DNA of 64,000 nucleotides from positions 306,156,001 to 306,220,000 of the forward strand of contig OZ024743.1 of NCBI GenBank assembly GCA_964016885.1. Reading direction: 5' to 3'. The DNA is from Eledone cirrhosa (lineage: Eukaryota). Numbering within the stretch: position 1 is the first letter of the stretch; the number at the start of each line of letters is the position of its first letter. Below the pieces are notes generated by a model. It did no database searches. It saw only the letters and a program-made list of their open reading frames with translations, and had not been told where the DNA came from. The position numbers and the translations under genes are program-made. This document shows positions 12,789 to 24,429 of the stretch, in pieces.

Positions 12789-14957
12789 TTAGCTGTATAC
12801 TTTGTGAAATGGCTTATGGAATTTATGCAAGCAGATAGAAAACAAATCTGTTCGTCTATTTATTATAGAATCTAGATTAGAGATAATGGTAAATTTTTCA
12901 TTTAGGCAGAGATTGCAGATTTTAGATAGAGAGCTGTTCAAGTATAGAGACGCAGAAGAAACCTTCTTCCAAAAGATGCTATATTTAATATTTTTGTCTT
13001 TCAAGGACCATATGAGTTCTGAGAGAGCCGTGTTGGTTCTTTTAAGTTTGTATTTAAAAGATGAATGATGATTATAGAGACGAGCTTTAAAAGAGGTGGA
13101 AGTGGAGCCAAAATAGGTGAAGGAATTGGTGTTGGTTATAACTTTACATTCATAAATTAAGTTTTTATCAAGACAATAGTTGTTGAGAGGACATTTATTT
13201 TTAATAGGGCAATTGCAATTGCAATTAGAGAGATTATTAATGAGTGACCTAGTGTTATCTATAGAAGGAATTGGATTGGAGAAGTTGTTTGCGATAGGAA
13301 TAATAGTTTCTTGATTTAGAGTTAGATTATGAACATTTAGCGAAGTTGTGTTTGACGTTGTATTTGGGTTTGCAGAAATTAGCCTAGGGTTTACAATGAC
13401 GTCGGGAGTACTATTACTGTTATTATGAAATTCAGTGTTGGAAGGAAGAGATTTAGTATTTAGTAATTTATTGTTGTGTTTAGAGATAATGTTGGAAATA
13501 TTGGAGGATGTAGAATAAGAAAATTTTATGGTGTGTTTGTTAAATATTTTACTATAGATATGTGAGGGAGGGAAGCATTTATTTAAGGCACTAAAGAATA
13601 ATTTAGGAATATTGTTATTAATAGAGATGGAGAAAGGAGCATTATACCAGATTATGTTTTTGTATCTAGGTCTTTTATTAAAGTTATTGGAATGATCATG
13701 ATTAATTATTCTACTGTAAGTTCTTTTAGAATTTGTTTCTTTACTATATTTGATTTTATCAGGATAGCCGGCTTTAGAAAGTGCGTTATTATAGTAATTG
13801 GCGTTAGCATCAAAGATGTTTTTATTAGAAGATATGTTAGATATTCTTTTTCCAATATTACTAACTATAGCATTCTTGATATTAGTAGGATGGTTAGATT
13901 TAAAGTTAACATAATTTAGGTTCTCATTGTTTTTATGGTAAGGGTAATATAGGCCAGTGTCAAGATTAAGAGATACATCCAAGAAATTAGCTAGTTTGAT
14001 ACTGTTATCAAATTCAATTTTTAGGTTATGTTGGTTAAAGAGATTACGTATATTGTTCTTAATAATATTAAGGTTAACTATATTGCAATTTAAGATAGTA
14101 AAGATCCCATCGTCACGATAAATTCCACCGCGAAGTTGAGGAATTTTCCGACTCAAAGAGTTCAAAATAAAGATACCAATTAAATCAGTCAATTGGGATG
14201 AATCGGATGCTCCCATTGTGATGTCGAAGTTGTTAGAGGTATCGGCTCTGGTCCAATATTCGTTGTTGAACTCTAGGATTGTTTTACGTGCGGTGAGGAT
14301 GATGTGAAGTTCATCTGTGGTGATGTCAGAATATTTAAGTGCGAAAGCATTATTGAGAAGTGAAGGCGAAATGGAGGAATAGTAGCTGGCAATATCAAAT
14401 TGAATAAATTTTAGTTTGTTTTTATTATCCAATTTGTTGAACCAGCCAATCACTTCAGAAGTACCAAACCATAAATTTAGGTTCAAAGAAGAGCAATTAG
14501 AACGAACCTGTGGGATAATTCTATCCAAGATGGCTTTACTAACAACCCCCAGATCAGATTTAGAGGGGGCGATTAATCTAACAGGTAGTTCAGTGCGAAA
14601 ATTGTTTTTGTGATCCTTGAGATTTATCCTCGGAGTTCTTGGGAGGAATGGTTCGGTCTTTTTTTCAATGCCAAGTTTTGACATAATCTCAGAGGCTTCA
14701 AGGTTTATGTATTCTAAATGTTCATGGTTGGTTTTACGATATTTTTTCCTAAGTTCCTTTAGGATAAGGTTGTTATAATTATCCTTGGAAATACCATATA
14801 AGTTATTGGTTTTGTCAGAGTGGACTAAAACATTTTTTGAGGAATTTAGGTTAGAAATTGTGTTCTTGAGATTTACAAGGTGCTCTTGTCCTTTGTAAGG
14901 GTATCTCTTGAATTTAAGATTTTTTATTATTTTAGTTAACTCTTCCTCGAATTGCAC
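12789..14957 (-). CDS. Penelope-like RT plus GIY-YIG endonuclease, 722 aa, N-terminally truncated
   Basis: SDKT, FIQFDIASYYSSI, FDITMG, IYRDD, NFLDV, SNHP, CNCPIKNKC (CxCx5C), LIYECKV..TYFGST, R..H, CNLCLNEK. Confidence 0.95.
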   Translation of the reverse strand: MQFEEELTKIIKNLKFKRYPYKGQEHLVNLKNTISNLNSSKNVLVHSDKTNNLYGISKDNYNNLILKELRKKYRKTNHEHLEYINLEASEIMSKLGIEKKTEPFLPRTPRINLKDHKNNFRTELPVRLIAPSKSDLGVVSKAILDRIIPQVRSNCSSLNLNLWFGTSEVIGWFNKLDNKNKLKFIQFDIASYYSSISPSLLNNAFALKYSDITTDELHIILTARKTILEFNNEYWTRADTSNNFDITMGASDSSQLTDLIGIFILNSLSRKIPQLRGGIYRDDGIFTILNCNIVNLNIIKNNIRNLFNQHNLKIEFDNSIKLANFLDVSLNLDTGLYYPYHKNNENLNYVNFKSNHPTNIKNAIVSNIGKRISNISSNKNIFDANANYYNNALSKAGYPDKIKYSKETNSKRTYSRIINHDHSNNFNKRPRYKNIIWYNAPFSISINNNIPKLFFSALNKCFPPSHIYSKIFNKHTIKFSYSTSSNISNIISKHNNKLLNTKSLPSNTEFHNNSNSTPDVIVNPRLISANPNTTSNTTSLNVHNLTLNQETIIPIANNFSNPIPSIDNTRSLINNLSNCNCNCPIKNKCPLNNYCLDKNLIYECKVITNTNSFTYFGSTSTSFKARLYNHHSSFKYKLKRTNTALSELIWSLKDKNIKYSIFWKKVSSASLYLNSSLSKICNLCLNEKFTIISNLDSIINRRTDLFSICLHKFHKPFHKVYS

Positions 14958-15030
14958 TAGATTTAAAACATATGTTGATTTAAAACTGCACTATCCACAA
15001 GTGTTTTTTAGCCTTCATATCATGTCCTCC

Positions 15031-15101
15031 TGTTTTATCTGATGAAAACACAAATATTATTGCATGATGATGTTTGTTTTTGAAATGCGCATAATAAAAT
15101 A
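15031..15101 (+). ncRNA. Hammerhead in the inverted 5' pLTR
   Basis: TGTTTTAT-CTGATGA-AAACACAAAT...GTTTGTTTTT-GAAAT-GCGC-ATA/ATAAAATA. Predicted cut after 15093. Confidence 0.85.
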
Positions 15102-15320
15102 CATGGAACTCCTTTAACCATCTTTTGATCTTATATATTATGTATACTCCAGTCCTACAAACTGTAGAGTGCTTCTTATCCGATATCTGCATTGCTTTAT
15201 TGTACTACAATAAAACTCACCTCCTACATATATTTATATATATATACACACACATACATGCATATTTGCCCTCTTCTCACCTAATATTTGTCTCTCTATC
15301 ATTTTCTTGGTGTATTATAG

Positions 15321-15716
15321 GAATTGGCAGTATCGGTAGAGGGTCGGACGACATGCTTTGACGTAAAGAGTTACGGCCCTTGCCATTCTGAGTTCAAATC
15401 CCGTCGAGCTGAACTTTGCCTCTCATCCTTGCGGGGTCGATAAAATAAAGTACCAGTAATGCACTGGTTTATTGCTGGCCTTGTGCCAAAAGTAGAAACA
15501 ATTATAGGAAGTATTATTTGTTAGTTACAGTGGATTGGCAGTATCGATAGAGAGTCAGACACCATGCTTTGAAGCATAGAGTTACGTCCCTTTATGATCT
15601 GAGTTCAAATCCCGCGGAGGTTAACTTTGCCTTTCATCCTTACGGGGGTCGATAAAATAAAGTACCAGTAATGTACTGGTTAATTGCTCGCCTTGTGCCA
15701 AAAGTAGAAACAATTA
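15321..15716 (+). mobile_element. Two tandem full-length tRNA-derived SINEs (15321-15504, 15532-15716)
   Basis: A-box-like tggcagtatcg, B-box gagttcaaatcc, shared core, end ggccttgtgccaaaagtagaaacaatta. Confidence 0.9.
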
Positions 15717-15820
15717 TGTGTTAGTTACGACACACACACACACACATACAAACGGACACACACACACGCACACACACACACACACGGACACACACACACA
15801 CACACATACATGTATATATA

Positions 15821-15975
15821 ACAAAGAAGGTGAGGTAAGATACCAGGTGGACAATAACGCACCAGAGTACTCGATTCTTAGGGTAGTAGAGTGGGTAATA
15901 GGAACAGAGTCAGTTCGGATCTAGCTGACGAAACGGCCGGAGCTCAGTGGTCGAGGTCCTGACTCTTTCCCTAAA
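15821..15975 (+). repeat. Structured interspersed repeat (other copies: 7031-7152 minus, about 60200-60370 plus, about 63750-63845 partial)
   Basis: Shared ccaggtggac..taacgcacca.agtactc block and ggatctagctg.cgaaacggc.ggagctcag..gtc..ggtcctgactc block. Confidence 0.75.
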
Positions 15976-15999
15976 TATGTACATATATATACATATATA

Positions 16000-16170
16000 A
16001 TGTAGGAGGTGGGTTTTATTGTAACACAATAAAGCAATGCAAATATCGGATAAGTAGCACTCTACAGTTTGTAGGACTGGAGTATAAATAATAATATAAG
16101 ATCAAAAGATGGTTAAAAGAGTTCCAAGTATTTAATTATGCGCATTTCAAAAACAAATATCTTTTGATCT

Positions 16171-16178
<8 letters not shown>
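16000..16178 (-). mobile_element. Additional pLTR fragment of the 11862-15230 family with a short fold-back end
   Basis: Inverted copy of about 15070-15230. ataatataagatcaaaagat is mirrored by atcttttgatcttatattat. Confidence 0.85.
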
Positions 16179-16227
<49 letters not shown>

Positions 16228-16229
16228 AA

Positions 16230-16609
16230 AGTTTTATTTAAAATTGTTGGGTTACAACGAGTAAATATTTTATAACTGATATAAAAGCACTCAACAAGTT
16301 TTAGAGTATTTTACGATATTTTACGGACCAATTTATTCAGTTGCTGCAGACATAGATTGAACTCAACTTTTAAATATAAATATAAATTTAAAATGTAGTA
16401 TATTTACTTAAGATTTTTAATTATTTATGAAACTTGGCGATAAATCTTTCGATTCCTTCAATTTTTTAAACCTTCTTCATGAGTATATAATTAATGATGT
16501 AATTAAACTACCTTAAAATGGTGATGCTCCCAATCTATTGAATAACATTTTTAAGCTAGATAAACTTCTATAATAAATATAAGAGCATCTGTAGAACAAC
16601 CGGGTATCC

Positions 16610-16640
<31 letters not shown>

Positions 16641-16890
16641 GAATGATTTCTGCTAAATAAGTTTTGTGAATAATTTTGGTTTTGTTTGCTTTTGATTCTG
16701 ATTGCTTCTAATGAACTTGGCAATATATTGTCAAATAAATTGGAAGGGTTGATTTCTGTGATTGATATGCGGGGCACACTGTGTTTTCTTACGGCCCTAG
16801 ATACTCTGGGGAGTGAAATATTCTTGGCGTTTTTAATATATTGATATCTGTTGTCTATTCTATGCTTGAACGATAATCATGTAAGAGAGG
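16230..16890 (-). pseudogene. Highly decayed Penelope-like RT fragment
   Basis: Minus-strand remnants ITSL...THEEGL (compare DITSLYTNIPHEEG) and PHIN..NQP. Many stops. Confidence 0.45.
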
Positions 16891-17559
16891 ACAAGAATAT
16901 TATTATTAATAATGTATATTTTATGTATATATATATGTATGTACATATATGTATGGTAGAATCTTTTGTAACGCAATGAAGATTTTCATGTGAAATAAAA
17001 ATTTACAGAGCTGATCACGTAAACTCACATGTGTGTCTATAATGTCAACTTGAATTTGAGATAACCTTCTCTTTTTCTTTCTCTCTTTTCTCTTTTTTCT
17101 TTTTCTTTTTTCATGAAAATACATATATATTTATGTATTTCAGTATTTTTTGAAGTTTTATCTCAGATTTTGATTATAAACCTAAGAATTTTTAAACTAA
17201 ACATATAGTCATTATTTTTTCACACATTATTGATATGTGTCTCATTCATGAATATTGATATTTACATTATAATACCTCATTCATAAGAATTGATAGACTG
17301 ATGAAACATAATATTTTAAAACTATCATCTTTATTTCTGAATATATCTCTTCTCCTCCTCCCTCTACACTTGACGGGACTTATGTATCGGCTGTTTTAAC
17401 TCTACCTCCTGTATCTCACCCCTCCCCTATCTCTCCCACCTCGTATAATAGATATTACTCGATCTACCTCTTTTCTCCCACCAGCTATATCTCTTTCTAC
17501 CTCTCTTTATTTATTTTTATTTTTATTTTTATTTCTCTCCGTATCCTTAACACTATAAC

Positions 17560-17592
<33 letters not shown>

Positions 17593-18004
17593 ACAGTACC
17601 CCCTTCCCTCCTAAATCTCTCATTTGTACGTTATTCATTTTTCACCTCCTCAATATTTCTCTCTCCCATATCTCTCTCTCTCTATCTCGCTCTGTTGTTT
17701 TTTTCTTTACATACATTTCTTCATTTTCTTCGCCTTCCTCTCTAACTGTCCTTAGCACTATACACGTTCTTTCTTTTTTTCTCTTCGTCTTTCTTTCTAA
17801 CTGTCCTTAAGATTTTCACTACCATAACAACTTTTTTAAATGGAAGTTGTAAAGTTTTAAGGTATGTCAAATTTATTTATAAAACTGTTTATATATTGTA
17901 TTTTGTCTGAAGAGGGCATACCATATTTTTAATATGATATCCCTGAAATATATATAATGAAATAAATATGGTTTTATAAATGTAGTTTCCATTTGTTTAA
18001 TATC

Positions 18005-18042
<38 letters not shown>

Positions 18043-18177
18043 GATATATATTTTTTTTTCCGTTTATCGTTTTCGGTACACCCGGCCGATTAACCCACTC
18101 GATATGCAAATTGGGCTACTCAGCCGTTAATATGCATAAGGTAAGTATATACGTTCAACAATCTGGCAGGAAGGTAT

Positions 18178-18220
18178 ACGTTGCTGACGATAGCTAACAA
18201 GCTTGAAACTAGTACAGCGT
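18178..18220 (+). ncRNA. Minimal type I hammerhead
   Basis: ACGTTG-CTGACGA-tAGCTaacaAGCTt-GAAA-CTAG-TA/CAGCGT. Predicted cut after 18214. Confidence 0.9.
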
Positions 18221-18600
18221 TCCTTTGTCAGTGTTGAACAAACGAGCAACGGTGGTTGCTAGACACTACGGCTTAATACGGGATGTTTGTTTACAAACAC
18301 ACCGAGCATTATAATAAATGTTCGGTGAATCCATACGTGCATATATATATGTGTGCATGTATGTATATATATATATACATACTACTGTACGTCGGTATAC
18401 ATATATGTATGTACGTGTACATACTTATATTTAAGTAACAGCCGTACTAAGAGTGGGAAATGAAATATCGTTTCATTTTTTTCCGTTTATCGTTTTCGGT
18501 GCACCCGGCCGATTAACCCACTCGATATGCAAATTGGGCTACTCAGCCGTTAATATGCATAAGGTAAGTATATACGTTCAACAATCTGGCAGGAAGGTAT

Positions 18601-18643
18601 ACGTTGCTGACGATAGCTAACAAGCTTGAAACTAGTACAGCGT
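18601..18643 (+). ncRNA. Minimal type I hammerhead (second tandem copy)
   Basis: Identical to 18178-18220. Predicted cut after 18637. Confidence 0.9.
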
Positions 18644-18848
18644 TCCTTTGTCAGTGTTGAACAAACGAGCAACGGTGGTTGCTAGACACTACGGCTTAAT
18701 ACGGGATGTTTGTTTACAAACACACCGAGCATTATAATAAATGTTCGGTGAATCCATACGTGCATATATATATGTGTGCATGTATGTATATATATATATA
18801 TACATACTACTGTACGTCGGTATACATATATGTATGTACGTGTACATA

Positions 18849-18923
<75 letters not shown>

Positions 18924-18934
18924 TCACTGTATAT

Positions 18935-19108
18935 AATGGTTTCTGATTTAGGCTCAAAGCCAGCAATTTGTCAGGCGGGAAAATTTGATTAAATTGACCT
19001 CAGTGTGTGACTAGTACATTATTTTATCGATCCCGTAAGGATGAAGGGCACAACAAACCTAGGAGGGATTTGAACTCAGAATGTAAAGGGTCATAACTCT
19101 ATGCCGTT
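18935..19108 (-). mobile_element. tRNA-derived SINE
   Basis: Reverse complement of the family core and B-box (ggatttgaactc). Confidence 0.8.
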
Positions 19109-19175
19109 AAGTATGTATACGTACATACATATATGTATACAGACGTACAGTAGTATGTATATACATACATACATG

Positions 19176-19314
<139 letters not shown>

Positions 19315-19434
19315 GTATGGGTTTACCGAACATTTATTATAATGCTCGGTTTGTTTGTAAACAAACAGCTCGAATTATTAGCCGTACAGTGTTCGGCAAT
19401 CATCGGTGCCATTTTGTTCAACACTGACACAGGC

Positions 19435-19477
19435 ACAATGAACTAGTTTCTAGCTTATTAGCTGTCATCAGCACCGT
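19435..19477 (-). ncRNA. Minimal type I hammerhead
   Basis: Minus strand: ACGGTG-CTGATGA-cAGCTaataAGCTa-GAAA-CTAG-TT/CATTGT. Confidence 0.8.
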
Positions 19478-19561
19478 ATACCTTCCTGTAAGTTGATTGC
19501 CGTTAATATGCACAAGGAAAGTATATACTTTCAAACGTTTAATCAACTGACTGGAAGGTAT

Positions 19562-19604
19562 ACGGTGCTGATGGCAGCTAATAAGCTAGAAACTAGTTCA
19601 TCGT
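19562..19604 (+). ncRNA. Hammerhead with an A9G core mutation
   Basis: ACGGTG-CTGATGG-cAGCTaataAGCTa-GAAA-CTAG-TT/CATCGT. Confidence 0.65.
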
Positions 19605-19811
19605 TCCTTTGTCAGTGTTGAACAAAATGGCAACAATGGTTGCCGAACACTGTACGGCTTAATTCGGGCTGTTTGTTTACAAACAAACCGAACATTATAA
19701 TAAATGTTCGGTAAACCCATACGTACATGTATATATGTGTGTGCATGTATGTATGTATATATATGCTATTGTACGTCTGTATACATATATGTATGTACGT
19801 ATACATACTTA

Positions 19812-19863
<52 letters not shown>

Positions 19864-19866
<3 letters not shown>

Positions 19867-20128
19867 TCATCATCATCATCACCATTTTACGTCCGCTTTT
19901 CCTTGCATATGTGCGTGTGTGTACTTCTTCTTCACCCACTTATTCCTGAGGGTTGTGTCCAGCGGGTCTTATCAGAAGAAACCGTCTCCAACTGATCCGG
20001 CGTGACCAGCCAGGCTCATGAATGTTATCCCGCCATCTGTCTCAGGTTTCCCCCTGGGTCTCCTACCTGTTGGTTTCGCCCGTAAATTTGCCCAGTGATT
20101 CTTTCCTGAGATATTCTAATCATATACC
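19864..20128 (-). mobile_element. RTE-type LINE 3' end with (ATG)n tail
   Basis: Homologous to 34590-34800 and 60600-60800 (ctgggtctcct.cc.gt.ggttt.gcccgt.aa). (CAT)n at 19864. Confidence 0.7.
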
Positions 20129-20132
20129 TATA

Positions 20133-20184
<52 letters not shown>

Positions 20185-20435
20185 TAGACTCTCACACTTA
20201 CATCTACGCATACACACACACCTCACCTACCGCCCTCCCCCACTCGGACCAATTTTTTATTCCCGAACCTCTCTCGCTCTCCCCTCCCCCTCCATCCACC
20301 CCACGCACCGCCTCTACACGCCTCACATCTTTTCATAACTTGTATTTTAACTTTCATTTCCACTTCCTCTTTTATTTTTTTCCACTACCACCCCCACCCT
20401 CTCTCTCGAAGTTCCTCCTCCTCCCCTCCACTCTC

Positions 20436-20463
20436 CTGATGAAGGGCTTATGCTCGAAACGTC
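20436..20463 (+). ncRNA. Ultra-minimal PLE-type hammerhead core
   Basis: CTGATGA-aGGGC-ttat-GCTC-GAAAC-GTC. Stem I not evident. Confidence 0.55.
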
Positions 20464-21664
20464 GCCCCCATACCCTCCCCTCCCACTCTCAATACGCGTG
20501 AACCTAATACCTTTTGTAACTTGTACTCCTGTGTTGTTTTTTACTTTCCTCATATATATATGCATGCACTTTCAGGCTTGTATGGCCCCATGAATGGTTG
20601 AGTCCAGGCCTCAAGAATGTTTTCTCATATAATATTTTATGCGCCATGTGCACAGTTGCATGTGTGTGTAGATATGTATGTATTCATCAAGTATGTCCTT
20701 TTTGAGATGTATAAGCATGCCCATGTGCATTCCCATGCGCGGGTACATGTATGTATGTATGTGCATACATATATGCATACAGGCATGTGTATACATGTCT
20801 GCGTGTATGTATTTGTATGAACATGTCTGTGTAGGTGTATGCATATGTATGTGTAGATTTTCCATTTTTTCATCTGTATATATGTGCAGAGTCCTAAGTA
20901 TATATGCTTTCCTGAATACAGTGTGTGTGTATAGATATGTGTATATTTATCAAAAACACTTCTGAAATAACTTTTTTGAAAGGCTCTTTCAACCATTTTT
21001 TTTTTAATGTTCTTTTTACATGGCTTTTTTATTTTTAAATGTATGTTTTTTAAGGTATTTTGAGGGTGTGTTTTTCTGAAATGTTTTTTTGAAATGTTTT
21101 TCCATTTTTTTAAAAATTCTTTCTAAGTATTCGCTGCACATTAAATATTTATTGATTGTCGCATATAATACAGTTGCGTGTGTGTAGGCGATTGTTGTGG
21201 GTGTATAAGTGCCCATATGTATCACACCTGCGCGAAACATTAACATGGGTGTGGGCGCCTACAGGCCGGGAAGGCTGCAACAGGGCGCGAGCGTTTCAAT
21301 CATACAACCCCTTACCTCCTACAGTAGTAATTCCGATATAAGAAACAACTAGATTGACAGGTGGCATATGAAAGGAACCAGATCAATGACGGCCATGAGT
21401 AGCCAAAAATACCAATGACGTGTACAATTCTTGACCACTGAGCGACAGATAACAATAGGATTTAAGCTGGCGAGTGAAGGCCGCGGGTGTAACTTGGCAT
21501 TTGGAAACTCTGCTTCGAAGAATCGAGACATATCTGAGGATCTTGCGCTTTCAGAGTCAGGTTCGATCATTGCATCGATAGTGCCTCGAGCTGGTCGCCA
21601 GAAAAACGATTGTAATATATCTAATAAATTTTATCCGTCGCACCACTGATTCCCCGTTTCCTAT

Positions 21665-21719
<55 letters not shown>

Positions 21720-21728
<9 letters not shown>

Positions 21729-22500
21729 AAAGGTAAACAGAAATAACAACACAATTGGTACAGTATATGGAAGGTATATATTAGGTTAACGCTTGATATA
21801 GCAAGAAGGGGGACTTAACGTTTCGGACGCTAGTCCTTCATCAGAAGAAAGAATGAGAAATAAAATAGATTGAGGGGACGGGTGGGATGGAATTGGAAAA
21901 AATGTTTTTAGATAAAAATTACAGGTCCATTCATGTTGACATTCATGTTGAAAAACTGTTGGTGCTGGCGTTTTGTGTATGATTTGGTTTTTTAGAAAAG
22001 TGGATGGAGCGGGTCTGTTGTCTATACCCTTCGGTGTTCCCTTTGCGGGTCTTTATATATCGGACAAACGTTTTGCCGAACATTTGAGCGACATCAGACT
22101 CGGTTTGGATACTCCTGTCGCCCGTCATTTCTGTTTTGCTGGTCATTCTTACCTACATGTTTCAGTCCTGGGTGTCCTTTTACATCATGGATCATTGGCC
22201 TCGATCCCCTGGACTGAACAAAGTCTGATTCACTGCCTTGGGTCCTATTCCCCTTTTGGACTCAACTCACCTCCCCAATTTCTCTAATACCTCGTCCATT
22301 ATCCTAGATTCCTATCGCTTTCTCTTGATCATTACAACTAATACATGCCGATACACACCCTTATATTAACATACTTTTGCTCATAGCTTCGTACTTACAT
22401 GCACACCCATCCATCTAACTATCTATCAGACTTTTCATTATTTCCATACAGATATAGGTATTTCAGAGGCCCTGAAAAGTGTCATGGACAAAGCTTTTCC
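21720..22500 (+). mobile_element. Penelope-like GIY-YIG 3' fragment preceded by an opposite-strand pLTR piece
   Basis: ORF 21973..22287: RFAEHLSDIR...PVARHF...HS...EQSLIH.LG...P.GLN. Confidence 0.75.
21814..21847 (-). ncRNA. Ultra-minimal PLE-type hammerhead
   Basis: Minus strand: CTT-CTGATGA-aGGAC-tagc-GTCC-GAAAC-GTT-AAG. Confidence 0.65.
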
Positions 22501-22970
22501 CTCTGTAACAAATACCACCGCCACTCACTCCACTAAACCAACAATAAGTATAGTAATATTACAGTAACAACAGAGACAATAACAATAACAACAATTGCAA
22601 TAGTGTAAATAATACAGTAAACATTATATATATAGATGTTACAATACTTATATGGGTCGACATGTTTTATACATTAGATCAGGGTCCCCTTTTTTTAAAC
22701 GAATTTTCCCACAGATCTACGATTATTTCCTTCCAAGATTGTTATACTGTGAGAATAACAGATAAAAGAGAGAGCAATCCATATTCTCCAAGCGGAATAG
22801 ACACCAAATGTCTGTATGAATATATGTATGGACCTGTAACTCATTGCGTGGTCGACGACGTGCCGATTTCTTCCAAAAAGACAGAGAGAGAGAGAGAGAA
22901 TGGGGAGAGGGGGAGAGAGAGAGAGAGGGGGAAGGGGAGAGGGGGAGAGAGAGTCTAATAAGAGAATATG

Positions 22971-23118
22971 TACTGGACTGGTACTTTTTATCCACCTCGA
23001 AAGGATGAAAGGCACATCTAGCTTCGGCGGGGGTTGAAATCAGAGAACTGAGAGTCGGAACTAATACTACAAAGCATTCTATCCGACATTCTCTCTATTC
23101 TGCCTACTCACTGCCCGG

Positions 23119-23162
<44 letters not shown>

Positions 23163-23164
23163 CC

Positions 23165-23198
<34 letters not shown>

Positions 23199-23500
23199 CA
23201 ATGGAGTCGCATGGGCGCCGTATTGGTACATGGCATTTCTGGGCCATTTTAAAACCTGGCAGAATCCATCTCCTCTCCAGATTTAAATACAGCAGATTTC
23301 TTTCAGAGAAAGATAAAGAGTGAGAGAATGGAAGTGAGGAAAAGATAGAAGAAGAATTGATCACAATACTTGACTGGTACATTTTTTTATCGACCTCGAA
23401 TGAATGAAAGGCAAAGTTGACCTCGGCAGTATTTGAACTGGGATAGTGAACGAATACCACAAAACACTTTATACATGGTTGTCACTATTCTGCCAATTTC
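22971..23500 (-). mobile_element. Two diverged tRNA-derived SINE copies (about 22971-23105 and 23368-23500)
   Basis: gactggtac..ttttatc.acctcgaa..atgaaaggca core and B-box remnants. Confidence 0.7.
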
Positions 23501-23735
23501 GCCATGTAGATACCCAATAGCGTCTGGTTATTACGTATGTAACGAAGTACTCGGAATGTTGAACTTAGTAATATATTGTCGATCCTAGATTTGGAACCAG
23601 TGCAATAAACGGATAAAATTTGATGAAATAAGTATAAAAATTAATAACAACAACAGTTATATGAGAAATAATAACTTACAAGCCGAAAGACACGATTGAA
23701 GCAGACGTCATTTTTTATTTCTTTGTTTCATTTTG

Positions 23736-23791
<56 letters not shown>

Positions 23792-23944
23792 TTTGATTAA
23801 TGATTGGTGATACAGACTGAACTCTGGCGAATCTCAGACCAAAATTAGTTTGTGGTTGAAGAATTTGGCCTTGGTAATCTTTAGCACTTCAGGCAGGGCC
23901 GTGATCTTCTCACAGCTGCCAGACGATGATTATAATGTGTGTGA

Positions 23945-24092
<148 letters not shown>

Positions 24093-24429
24093 TGCGTGTG
24101 TGTTTTTGAGGGTGAGTGCGTATATATGTATGCGTGTGTATGCATATATATGTACGTAGGCATGTATGTGTCTATATACGTGTGCATGCAATTGTGGATC
24201 ATCCGTCAGTTACGAAGTTGAGTATTGATTCGTACAACCATCTGAACATACCATTCATTAAACTAACCAGTATGTGGTCAATTATTCCAAAGGTACGTGT
24301 CACATTAAAGTAATTTACAGGCAGAAACAGCGTAACACTGTATGTGACAGACGAAGCTGGATCTTTGATTCACAAGTACAATAAATCTTTTATAGTTTTC
24401 TATATAGCTACAGCTTTACTAAACCTTAT

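Larger units (their letters stand above)
11862..15230 (-). mobile_element. Penelope-like (Naiad-type) element, 5'-truncated, with inverted pLTRs
   Basis: The pLTR at about 11862-12037 is mirrored at about 14969-15140. RT plus GIY-YIG ORF between them; (TA)n flanks. Confidence 0.95.
18051..18855 (+). mobile_element. Retrozyme-like direct tandem repeat, 423-nt period, one hammerhead per unit
   Basis: Near-identical units with HHRs at 18178 and 18601. No credible ORF. (TA)n on both sides. Confidence 0.85.

Noticed and set aside
12789-14957. Selenocysteine recoding as reported for some Naiad elements
   Set aside because: The ORF has no in-frame TGA, its Cys motifs use ordinary Cys codons, and it ends at TAA.
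17297-17330. CTGATGA with GATAG/CTATC flanks
   Set aside because: No GAAA or cleavage triplet in register.
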